Below, one piece after another: positions 56,721 to 64,000 of a stretch of DNA of 64,000 bases. The translations under genes and the position numbers were made by a program. The notes under the pieces are model-generated. The model searched no databases. It was given only the letters and a program-made list of their open reading frames with translations, and had not been told where the DNA came from. The first letter of the stretch is position 1. Every line of letters starts with the position of its first letter. The DNA is from a virus (taxonomy: Duplodnaviria > Caudoviricetes): IMG/VR virus record IMGVR_UViG_3300020048_000002; one strand, given 5' to 3'.

Positions 56721-56975
56721 TCAGAACGGGAGGTCGTCCGTCTCGTCGAAACCCACCGGGGCGACCGGGACCGGAATCACGTCCACGGGAGCCTCCAGCT
56801 CCTCCGGGCGGTCATCTTCGGGGTGACGCTGCCCATCGTAATGCACCGGGCAGCGGTGCCACGTATCCAGATCCGAGCAAGCCCAGCCGTGACCCCGGCA
56901 GGGGCAGCGGTCGGCCCGCTTCTCCGCCCAAAACCCACGATCGAACTCCCGGTACTCAGCCTCCAACAGCGACAT
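56721..56975 (-). CDS. Small Zn-binding protein with SSB-like DDLPF tail
   Basis: CPCRGHGW..SDLDTWHRCPVH; ends DDLPF. Confidence 0.65.
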   Translation of the reverse strand: MSLLEAEYREFDRGFWAEKRADRCPCRGHGWACSDLDTWHRCPVHYDGQRHPEDDRPEELEAPVDVIPVPVAPVGFDETDDLPF

Positions 56976-56997
56976 TTTCTCAACTCTCCCTTCCCTC

Positions 56998-57029
56998 CTA
57001 GTACGACTGAGCCCCCTCCAAAATCAACC
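56998..57029 (-). promoter_or_regulatory. Repeated phage promoter motif, copy 10
   Basis: GGTTGATTTT..CAGTCGTACTAG followed by a leader with RBS. Confidence 0.8.
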
Positions 57030-57081
57030 GAACCGGTGTAAAAAAGATCGGACCAAAAATTAGACCAAGGGAGAAACCCCA

Positions 57082-57113
57082 CGTTGATTTTGCGGGGTCG
57101 GCTGTCGTACTAG
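57082..57113 (+). promoter_or_regulatory. Repeated phage promoter motif, copy 11 (divergent from copy 10)
   Basis: CGTTGATTTT..CTGTCGTACTAG. Confidence 0.8.
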
Positions 57114-57151
57114 AAGTGTGCCACGGGATTTCGTGGTGGAAGGAAACTGCT

Positions 57152-57751
57152 GTGTACGAAGAAGAGGACAACTTTTTTGATCCGCCGATGGAGGTCGAAA
57201 ACCCCATCTTGGAGACGACGGCTGAGGTAGTCGCCAAAGCGGAAGCCATTGCCAAACGGGCGATGAAGGGGTTTCGCAAAGGATCGAAACGTCCAGCTTG
57301 GGAACACCCGGCGGACGTGGTCGCGCTCGTGAAACGAGTCCCCGGGGTACGTCCCAACTTGGGAACGCAAAACTACCTGGAGGCTCTGGCGTGGCTCCAC
57401 GATGTCTTGGAGGACACGGAGGTCACGGAAGAGGATTTGCGAAACGAGGGTATTCCGGAACACGTCATCTTGGGGGTCAAGGCGTTGACCCGTGAGGAAT
57501 GGATGACGACGAACTTCTACTACCGGAACTTGGACCGCTCGTTCGAGCTGGTGAAGATCGTCAAGGTCTGCGACCGTATCGCGAACTTGACGGAGGGCAA
57601 ACCGCTTCTCCCCCGAAGCTGGTGGATGAAGTACACGGGGGAGACGAAACACTTCGTCGCCCCCCTGACCTTCGAGATGGGAGAGCCATGGCGAGCATGG
57701 CTCCTCGAACAACTCAAGTTGGCCGCGAGCGGCCCCGACTCTCAGTACTGA
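57152..57751 (+). CDS. Small alarmone hydrolase-like HD protein (SpoT/Mesh1 type)
   Basis: RKGS..HP..V, AWLHDVLEDT, VKALT, VKVCDRIANL; frame open from 57116. Confidence 0.8.
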   Translation: MYEEEDNFFDPPMEVENPILETTAEVVAKAEAIAKRAMKGFRKGSKRPAWEHPADVVALVKRVPGVRPNLGTQNYLEALAWLHDVLEDTEVTEEDLRNEGIPEHVILGVKALTREEWMTTNFYYRNLDRSFELVKIVKVCDRIANLTEGKPLLPRSWWMKYTGETKHFVAPLTFEMGEPWRAWLLEQLKLAASGPDSQY

Positions 57752-58983
57752 GCTGCCGCCTTCATGCCGATGTCGTACGCCTCAGCCCACTCCTTCATCG
57801 AGAGCTGGGTCGAGACATCGATGACTTTGGCTACGAGCTGCTTCTCCGTCGCATCGAGCGATGCAATCGCCTTCTCAGGAGCGTAGATGAGATCGTGCGA
57901 GAGAGCGGCTTCCATCTCGTTGACCGACGTCTTGAGCTGGAACTCGACAACGATCCCGGCAGCTTCGAGGTTGTAGTTGATGGCGTTGTACCCGATGTTC
58001 TTCAGGTAGTAGTTCTTCTTGTCCAGGATGTCGAACTTGCCCTGCGTCACAGCGGCGACATGAGCCATGTTCTGAATGCTGGGGGTCACCACACGGCAAC
58101 CTACCAAGTCCTTGAAGTAGAGCATCGAGGTCTTTTCACGACCCTGCTTGCCGAAGATGCTCTTCCCCATCTTCATTCGGCTAGCGTACTCGCCCTCAGC
58201 CGCACCACCGATGGCACCGTCGACCTCGGCCTTCGCCTTCTGAAGGATCGGTAGGACCGCCTCGTAGGCTCGGTCGAAAAAGACCGCATCCTTGATCATC
58301 TTCTCGTGAATCAGGTCCGGGTCCTCCCCCGTCGCCTGTGCGATGACCTTCTTCAGCATCTCGGCCTGTGCCTTGAGAGCACCTTCGGTCCGAGCCGAGA
58401 AGGGCTGTACGAACGCAGCAAGGTCACGCTCGCTGGGTAGAGCTTGCTCCTCCCCCTTTTCGAGCTTCTTCAGGATCGCCATCCCCTTGCCGGAGATCAT
58501 CTCCTTGTTCTCAAGGAGCGTCTCAAGGCTGAACCCCTTCTGGCTCATCTTGCGCATCTCCATGAGACGCTTCAGGACGTTGGCGTTGTTCCCGCCCGGC
58601 AACTGGAGCCCCTGGTCCGTGAGCCGCTTGATGAGCCCAATCGTGAAGTCGAGGGCCTTCAGGTACTTCGCCTTGGCTACAAGGTGACGGAAGGCTACAC
58701 GCACAGACATCGTGCTCTCCTGGAGAGCAACCGGCGACTCCGAAGCCGACTTCTTCTTTTTCTTCCCCGCCTGGAGAGCCTTCTTGGCAGCGTCCTCCAT
58801 CGACTTGGCAGCAGCTCCCGACCCATCCTTTTTGTACAGCTCAGCAGCGGCAAGATAGGCGACTGCCGCATCCTCGTGCCGATTTGCCTTCAGGTGGGCC
58901 TCAGCCTCATCGCGTAGCCCGGAAGGTGTTTTCGACTTGGGGCTCTTTTTTGCGGTCACTTCCGTGGCGTAGCGGCTCGACAT
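57742..58983 (-). CDS. Small alarmone synthetase-like (RelA/SpoT nucleotidyltransferase) protein with long N-terminal extension
   Basis: SRMKMGKSIFGK, DLVGCRVV, GYNAIN, VEFQLKT, HDLIY. Confidence 0.8.
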   Translation of the reverse strand: MSSRYATEVTAKKSPKSKTPSGLRDEAEAHLKANRHEDAAVAYLAAAELYKKDGSGAAAKSMEDAAKKALQAGKKKKKSASESPVALQESTMSVRVAFRHLVAKAKYLKALDFTIGLIKRLTDQGLQLPGGNNANVLKRLMEMRKMSQKGFSLETLLENKEMISGKGMAILKKLEKGEEQALPSERDLAAFVQPFSARTEGALKAQAEMLKKVIAQATGEDPDLIHEKMIKDAVFFDRAYEAVLPILQKAKAEVDGAIGGAAEGEYASRMKMGKSIFGKQGREKTSMLYFKDLVGCRVVTPSIQNMAHVAAVTQGKFDILDKKNYYLKNIGYNAINYNLEAAGIVVEFQLKTSVNEMEAALSHDLIYAPEKAIASLDATEKQLVAKVIDVSTQLSMKEWAEAYDIGMKAAAQY

Positions 58984-59020
58984 GGGTAGGGAGTCTCCTC
59001 TCTACCCACGGTGGCATAAG

Positions 59021-59053
59021 AAAAACCGCTAGAGAGCGAACTCCCTAGCGGTC
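59021..59053 (-). terminator. Terminator after tRNA-Tyr
   Basis: ACCGCTAG..CTAGCGGT followed by a T-run on minus strand. Confidence 0.65.
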
Positions 59054-59059
59054 TCGTCG

Positions 59060-59141
59060 TGGAGCGTGATGGATTTGAACCACCGTAGGCATTGCCAACT
59101 GGTTTACAGCCAGTCCCCTTTAGCCACTCGGGCAACGCTCC
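59060..59141 (-). tRNA. tRNA-Tyr(GUA)
   Basis: GGAGCGT..CT-GTA-AA, long variable arm, GGTTCAAATCC..ACGCTCCA. Confidence 0.92.
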
Positions 59142-59194
59142 GTGGCTCCTACCCTACACTGAGTGTGTCCCCGTGTCGAGTAGGCTTCTCCGAC

Positions 59195-59902
59195 TCACTC
59201 CGATAGCTCTTGGGCCATCTTCCAAACGATGAGATGGAAAACGCACTGCTTCAGCAAAGCCTTGTTCTTGAGCACGTAGTCGGCCGTCAGGACGATCGGA
59301 GCCATCGGAGACATCCCCATCCGTGCAGAGATTTTGAGTGCGTCCTTGTAGTACCCCCGGAACTTCGACTCGAAGATCTTCGTCATCTTCGAAAGATATT
59401 CGGGTAGAGGAAGGGTTGCGTCACGGCTTCGTGCATCAAGCCACTCTAGAGCCTTCTGGTGAGCCTCGATCATAAAAGGGGGTAACGACCCCTCCCACTC
59501 GAAGAAATCGCTCAGGAGGGTATGTACCGAGCGACTGACACCGGCTGCTTGCCGGGGGGCCGAGGCGTAGGACATCATCATGGGCTCTAGTCCCTGCTGA
59601 TGCTTCCGAGGGTTCGAGAACGTGTCCGAGATCATCGATCCGATGGACACTAGCTCCCGTTTGAACCCCGCTAGGGAACGCATTTGGTCCTCCTGGAAAC
59701 GTAGGAGAGCTTCCATGGCTCGGATGGTGTCCCGCCTCGAAGCCTCTGCCTCGGGCATCCCAGGGAACTTGGCGACGTCATCCCGGAGAACCTGTAAATC
59801 CCTCCGTAACTTTCCCATCGCCTTCTCGGCCGTAGCTACGTAGCCAAGAAGATCCTCTGCGTCGTCCTTCGTCGGTGGGAAGAGTCGTGCGCTTCGTTCC
59901 AT
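59195..59902 (-). CDS. Hypothetical two-module helical protein
   Basis: RSA and RQAA linkers as in the other putative cargo proteins. Confidence 0.6.
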   Translation of the reverse strand: MERSARLFPPTKDDAEDLLGYVATAEKAMGKLRRDLQVLRDDVAKFPGMPEAEASRRDTIRAMEALLRFQEDQMRSLAGFKRELVSIGSMISDTFSNPRKHQQGLEPMMMSYASAPRQAAGVSRSVHTLLSDFFEWEGSLPPFMIEAHQKALEWLDARSRDATLPLPEYLSKMTKIFESKFRGYYKDALKISARMGMSPMAPIVLTADYVLKNKALLKQCVFHLIVWKMAQELSE

Positions 59903-60096
59903 GCCGAAGGAGGAGGGACAAGAGAATTATCCCCTACGCCCCGGACGATAGCGCCCCGTAGGAACGCTTCCAAACGAACAAGGCCGGGTACTACCGTCCC
60001 GACCCACCAAGGCTTTCCTGAGCACTTCTTGTTCGAGGAACAAGGAACACGAAAAGCTACCGTGAAATTTCACACCCCCTCATCGGGGGACATCCC

Positions 60097-60261
60097 TCAG
60101 ATCCTACGCCTCTCCACCCTCAAGTCGGAGTCGATGGCGTAGTAGCCCCCGTCCTCGTCCACGAGGACGTAACCGCTCATGGCAGCGATCTGAACCTCCA
60201 GCTCCTTCCCGTAGAGGGAGAGCTTCGTCCCGACCGCCAATCTGGGGGTGACGTAGTTCAT
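60097..60261 (-). CDS. 54-aa hypothetical protein (not in ORF track)
   Basis: AAGGAG RBS; MNYVTPRLAVGTKL.. Confidence 0.6.
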   Translation of the reverse strand: MNYVTPRLAVGTKLSLYGKELEVQIAAMSGYVLVDEDGGYYAIDSDLRVERRRI

Positions 60262-60273
60262 GGTGTCTCCTTC

Positions 60274-60558
60274 TCAGTCCATGTTGTTCAGGATGAGGTC
60301 CCGGGTCGGGTTCGACCCGAAGTACCAGGACTTCACCCAGAAGCCCTGAGCACGGGCCGCCTGGTAGACCTCGTGGGCCTTCTCCCAGGCGAGGTCCGCC
60401 TCGATCCTCTTCTTCTCTTGGTAGTCGAGGGGACTACCAAGCTCCGGGTTTGCCCTGGCGTCCCCGTAAGCACACACGGCGGCGTGCTTCGCCTCGACAT
60501 AAAAACGCTCAGCCTTCGTCATGGCCATCTTGGCCGCCCGGTCACTCTTGAACTTCAT
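60274..60558 (-). CDS. Hypothetical leaderless protein
   Basis: ATG 4 nt after motif. Confidence 0.75.
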   Translation of the reverse strand: MKFKSDRAAKMAMTKAERFYVEAKHAAVCAYGDARANPELGSPLDYQEKKRIEADLAWEKAHEVYQAARAQGFWVKSWYFGSNPTRDLILNNMD

Positions 60559-60562
60559 GCTC

Positions 60563-60594
60563 CTAGTACGACTCTGGGAGGCTCAAAATCAACC
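60563..60594 (-). promoter_or_regulatory. Repeated phage promoter motif, copy 12 (leaderless)
   Basis: GGTTGATTTT..GAGTCGTACTAG-gagc-ATG. Confidence 0.85.
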
Positions 60595-60647
60595 AAGGGG
60601 GCCGGATTTCTCCAGCCCCCTTCAAGTTTCCCCCCAGGGGAGCCCTC

Positions 60648-60911
60648 TCAGAGCCCCGCGAGGTAGCGGCGAGCCGCCTCCTGTCCCCGGAGGAACGTCC
60701 TCTGATTCTCCGGCATCCAGAGGAGGGAGCGGACCCCTACCTCCTCTTCCTTCCAGCCGAGGAGGCCCAGGACCCGGGAGATCTCCCCTCGGACCGCCGA
60801 CTCCCCGATTCGGGGACGGGCCTGCATGAGGGCGTTGAGAGCCCCCACGAGCATGTCCTCACGGAGAGCGGGATTGGCGGGGAGGCGGAAAGAGATCTGG
60901 TTCATGGTCAT
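60648..60911 (-). CDS. Hypothetical protein
   Basis: AAGGA RBS after motif. Confidence 0.65.
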   Translation of the reverse strand: MTMNQISFRLPANPALREDMLVGALNALMQARPRIGESAVRGEISRVLGLLGWKEEEVGVRSLLWMPENQRTFLRGQEAARRYLAGL

Positions 60912-60925
60912 CGTTCCTTTCCCCC

Positions 60926-60957
60926 CTAGTACGACTCGACTCCCTCCAAAATCAACC
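60926..60957 (-). promoter_or_regulatory. Repeated phage promoter motif, copy 13
   Basis: GGTTGATTTT..GAGTCGTACTAG. Confidence 0.8.
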
Positions 60958-60978
60958 AGCCGGTGTAAAAAAGACACG

Positions 60979-61140
60979 ATGGCTCAAAAGACGAGCATCC
61001 CTGCCCATGTCCGAACCTCCACCTCGGCTGCGTCCAGCCCCGTGTTCGTAAACAACGTCTTGCCCATCGCAGCCACGGCGAACCTAGAGCCCATCAAAAG
61101 CGATTGGGACAGACTCGTCGAACCCGAGAAAACACCATGA
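60979..61140 (+). CDS. 53-aa peptide ending DWDRLV
   Basis: ATGA-coupled to the HAD gene. Confidence 0.5.
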   Translation: MAQKTSIPAHVRTSTSAASSPVFVNNVLPIAATANLEPIKSDWDRLVEPEKTP

Positions 61141-61640
61141 GCATCGAACGCATCGCCATCTTTGACTTTGACGGGACCCTGTTCGCTTCCCCCGAGAAAC
61201 CCGACTGGTGGCCCCACCAAGGCTTTTGGGGGCGTATCGAAACGCTCTCCCCACCCTTGGTCCCAGAGAAACCCGAAGCCGATTGGTGGTCCTCCCAAGT
61301 GGTCCTAGAGGCCAAGAGGGCAGCAGCGGACCCCTCAACCCACACTTGTTTGCTCACCGGGCGTGTCGGGAAATTTGAGAAGAGGGTTCGAGAGTTGCTC
61401 GAAACCGTAGAGATTCGCTTCGACGACCACTTCTTCGCGTCGGGTAGTGCGACCCTACCCTTCAAGCTCGCAACGATCGAAAAGCTCGTCCAAAGGTTCC
61501 CAGGGGCCAAGCTCGTCGAGATGTGGGACGACCGAGAGGAGCACACGGGGGATTTCGAGACAACGATCCGAAGGCTCGGCTTGGAAGCCAACGTCCACAG
61601 GGTCGAGCGAGTGACTCACGATTTCGTCAGGGTCGGTTGA
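61137..61640 (+). CDS. HAD phosphatase (Swiss-army-knife RNA-repair HAD-like)
   Basis: IFDFDGTLFASP, LLTGR, FK, MWDDREEH. Confidence 0.8.
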   Translation: MSIERIAIFDFDGTLFASPEKPDWWPHQGFWGRIETLSPPLVPEKPEADWWSSQVVLEAKRAAADPSTHTCLLTGRVGKFEKRVRELLETVEIRFDDHFFASGSATLPFKLATIEKLVQRFPGAKLVEMWDDREEHTGDFETTIRRLGLEANVHRVERVTHDFVRVG

Positions 61641-61666
61641 TTTTGGGGGTAGCTGAGTCGTACTAG
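61635..61666 (+). promoter_or_regulatory. Repeated phage promoter motif, copy 14 (leaderless)
   Basis: GGTTGATTTT..GAGTCGTACTAG-ggac-GTG. Confidence 0.85.
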
Positions 61667-61670
61667 GGAC

Positions 61671-61865
61671 GTGGCAAACATCAAGATCCAACCGAAGCCC
61701 GAAAGAGCCCTCCAGGTCCGCGACCTCCTCGACGGACGGTTCTCAAGGCAGGTATACCAATACACCGCCTACCCGGACGGTTCCCTCGTGCTGCACGGGG
61801 CGATGAAGGGGATCCTCACCGACATCGTACGGGGCCTCGAACGGGAGGGGCTCCTCCTGGGGTAA
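61671..61865 (+). CDS. Hypothetical leaderless protein
   Basis: GTG 4 nt after motif. Confidence 0.7.
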   Translation: MANIKIQPKPERALQVRDLLDGRFSRQVYQYTAYPDGSLVLHGAMKGILTDIVRGLEREGLLLG

Positions 61866-61901
61866 CAAAAGAGGGGTCAGACGAAGAAATGTCTGACCCT
61901 C

Positions 61902-61933
61902 GGTTGATTTTGGAACCTGCTCAGTCGTACTAG
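61902..61933 (+). promoter_or_regulatory. Repeated phage promoter motif, copy 15 (leaderless)
   Basis: GGTTGATTTT..CAGTCGTACTAG-gacc-ATG; preceded by hairpin 61874-61899. Confidence 0.85.
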
Positions 61934-61937
61934 GACC

Positions 61938-62231
61938 ATGGACGTTGCACTCACGATTCTCGGGCAGATGGGTGGAGCCGGTCGCGTCAAGGCCATGATC
62001 GGGGCGAGCTACCTCCAGGTCCCCAACGGCGTCGGCATCAAGTGGCCGAGCCGGACGCCAGGACGGGGGAACTACGTCGAGGTGGTGCTCGACCCCTCCG
62101 ACACATACAACGTCACGTTCTACAACATCCGAGGCGGGGGGAAGAGGGTCGTCAAAGAGTACACCTTCGTCTACGCCGAGGATCTCGTCCGCCTCTTCGA
62201 GGGGCAAACGGGGTATTACCTGCGGTTCTAA
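61938..62231 (+). CDS. Phage early-type protein
   Basis: TILGQMGG..MIGA..DTYNVTF..VYAEDL..FEGQTG. Confidence 0.75.
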   Translation: MDVALTILGQMGGAGRVKAMIGASYLQVPNGVGIKWPSRTPGRGNYVEVVLDPSDTYNVTFYNIRGGGKRVVKEYTFVYAEDLVRLFEGQTGYYLRF

Positions 62232-62264
62232 CCGCACCACACACACGACACACACGGAGACAGT

Positions 62265-63581
62265 ATGAAGATCGAACTGACCATCAAAGCCGACTACTTT
62301 CCTGAGTGGGGTATCTGGGAGGGATTGCGAGAGCTAATTAGCAACGCTCGTGATGCACATCACGAGTTCTCGGCACCTTTGACGGTGCGTCACCGGAAGG
62401 ATAGCGATACCCTCGTCATCGAGAACGAGGGAACGATCCTCCCACACGAAGCGTTGCTCCTCGGACATTCCACGAAGCGTGGACGGGGGGACCTCATCGG
62501 AAGGTTCGGCGAGGGGCTCAAAGGGGGGATACTCGCCCTCGTCCGGGCTGGGTGTCCCGTGAAGATCCGCTCAGGCTCCGAGGTCTGGGTCCCGAGCATC
62601 CAGCGGAGTGAGAAGTTCCAAGCGGACGTGCTCGTGTTCGACATCTCGACGGGCCGTAAGCCCGAGAACCGGGTCGCCGTCGAGATCGGCTGCGTCACCG
62701 CAGAAGCCTGGACGAAGATGCAGGACATGTTCCTGTTTCTCAAGGGGACCGTGAAGGACAACGAGACGGTCCCGACCCCCTACGGGTCGCTGCTTCTCGC
62801 AGACAGGTTCCACGGCAAGGTCTTCGTGAAGGGGATCTTCGTCGCCAACGACAGCCGCCTCTCGTACGGTTACGATTTCGTGGACGCCGACATCGACCGG
62901 GACCGGAGGATGCTCTCCAAGTACGACCTCAACTACCGGACTCAGTGCGTCTGGCGGGAAGCCCTCTCCCGCCGTCCCGACCTCGTGGAGAGCTTCGGCA
63001 AGCTCCTCGATCGTGAGGCCGCCGACGTCGAAGGCATCGAGGAGTGGAATGCAGCAAGCCTCCCCGACCAGGCTCAGAAGGCCCTCGTGGAGCAGTTCCA
63101 CACGCGCCACGGAGACAATGCACTCCCGGTAGCCTCCCTCTCCGAGAGCGCCGAGATCGAGCACCTGGGCAAGAAGGGCATCGTTTGCCCCAAGCCCCTC
63201 AAGGCCATCCTCGAAAAGCAGCTCGGGACCATGGCCACGAACAAGGCCAAGCTCCGAGAGGAAGCTACCAAGACCTACGGGTGGCACGACCTCAGCCCCG
63301 AGGAACGACAGCACATCCAAGGGGCCATCGCCCTCGTGAACCCCGTCGAGCCCTGCACTCTCGACGACCTAGACGTGACCGACTTCCGCGACGAGAACAT
63401 CCGGGGGATGTTCAAGGACGGTCGCATCCTCCTCGCCAAGAAGATCCTCACCGACCGGAACCTCACCCTCCGGGTTCTCGTTCACGAGGTCGCCCACCGA
63501 GCCGGGGGAGACGGCGAGAAGGGTCACGTCTCCAACATCGAGCACATCTGGTCCGGCATCGTTGCCGGGCTCCTCCCCTGA
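62265..63581 (+). CDS. GHKL-type ATPase fused to a C-terminal HExxH peptidase-like domain
   Basis: LRELISNARD, LLLGHSTK, IGRFGEGLK; LVHEVAH. Confidence 0.75.
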   Translation: MKIELTIKADYFPEWGIWEGLRELISNARDAHHEFSAPLTVRHRKDSDTLVIENEGTILPHEALLLGHSTKRGRGDLIGRFGEGLKGGILALVRAGCPVKIRSGSEVWVPSIQRSEKFQADVLVFDISTGRKPENRVAVEIGCVTAEAWTKMQDMFLFLKGTVKDNETVPTPYGSLLLADRFHGKVFVKGIFVANDSRLSYGYDFVDADIDRDRRMLSKYDLNYRTQCVWREALSRRPDLVESFGKLLDREAADVEGIEEWNAASLPDQAQKALVEQFHTRHGDNALPVASLSESAEIEHLGKKGIVCPKPLKAILEKQLGTMATNKAKLREEATKTYGWHDLSPEERQHIQGAIALVNPVEPCTLDDLDVTDFRDENIRGMFKDGRILLAKKILTDRNLTLRVLVHEVAHRAGGDGEKGHVSNIEHIWSGIVAGLLP

Positions 63582-63592
63582 AGGATACCAGG

Positions 63593-63781
63593 ATGGACCT
63601 CGTGGACCGCATCAGCGCCTACGAAGAAGGGCGGCTCTCCTCCGAGGAGACAACCGCCCTCTTCCAAGACCTGATCAACTCGGGCCTCGTGTGGGAGCTA
63701 CAGGGCTCCTACACCCGGATGGCCCACTACCTCCTCCGGGCAGGTCTCTGCTCCCTCCCTGCCACCCCTCCTCCCACGTAG
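63593..63781 (+). CDS. Small phage protein
   Basis: ISAYEEG.LS..LFQDLI.SG.VW.LQGSY. Confidence 0.7.
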   Translation: MDLVDRISAYEEGRLSSEETTALFQDLINSGLVWELQGSYTRMAHYLLRAGLCSLPATPPPT

Positions 63782-64000
63782 GGGTCCCTTCTCTACCCAC
63801 ACCCACCCCCGGGGGGATTCTACGACTTATGTTCAGGGACCCTCCTTGTAAACCTCTTGGAAAAACCCCTGGCACGATTTGTGACGTACCCGCACTTGTA
63901 GTAAAAACCGATAACTTGTCGACGCGCGTGTTTGGCAACAGGGACGATCTACACTCAACAAAAAGAACACCGCGTATCGTGGATGGCCCTACGGGCCTTC

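Overview
A GC-rich segment of a large (probably jumbo) myophage genome; no integrase, rRNA or CRISPR array is visible. About 3.4-37.9 kb is a minus-strand morphogenesis module: a 1423-aa tail sheath, neck/head-completion proteins, Ig-like decoration and fibre-like proteins, an actin-like ATPase and a Dps/ferritin-like protein, with six free-standing homing-endonuclease-like genes in or beside it. One neck-type gene is fractured by an atypically split intein (32-aa acidic IntN, 128-aa IntC), with an endonuclease gene between the halves. About 38-46 kb carries likely virion-cargo effectors (HExxH peptidases, ParB-like), two structured ncRNA candidates and nucleotide/amide metabolism genes (ThyX, HAD nucleotidase, nitrilase). 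At 46.7-48.3 kb there are tandem repeats and a G/C-skew switch (origin or terminus candidate). From 48 to 64 kb are small early-type genes, three tRNAs (Ile-UAU, Thr-GGU, Tyr-GUA), a D-arm-less tRNA mimic and a convergent RelA/SpoT synthetase + HD hydrolase pair. A 32-bp motif (G/C)GTTGATT-N14-GTCGTACTAG occurs 15 times; 9 copies lie exactly 4 nt before a start codon (leaderless), and one precedes an ECF-type sigma factor with an Xis-like HTH inserted in its sigma2 domain. Recurrent short protein motifs (RVAxR(F/Y)L, [KR]xA linkers, W(D/E)R(L/I)) suggest sorting signals. All protein calls come from reading motifs by eye; no database searches were run.
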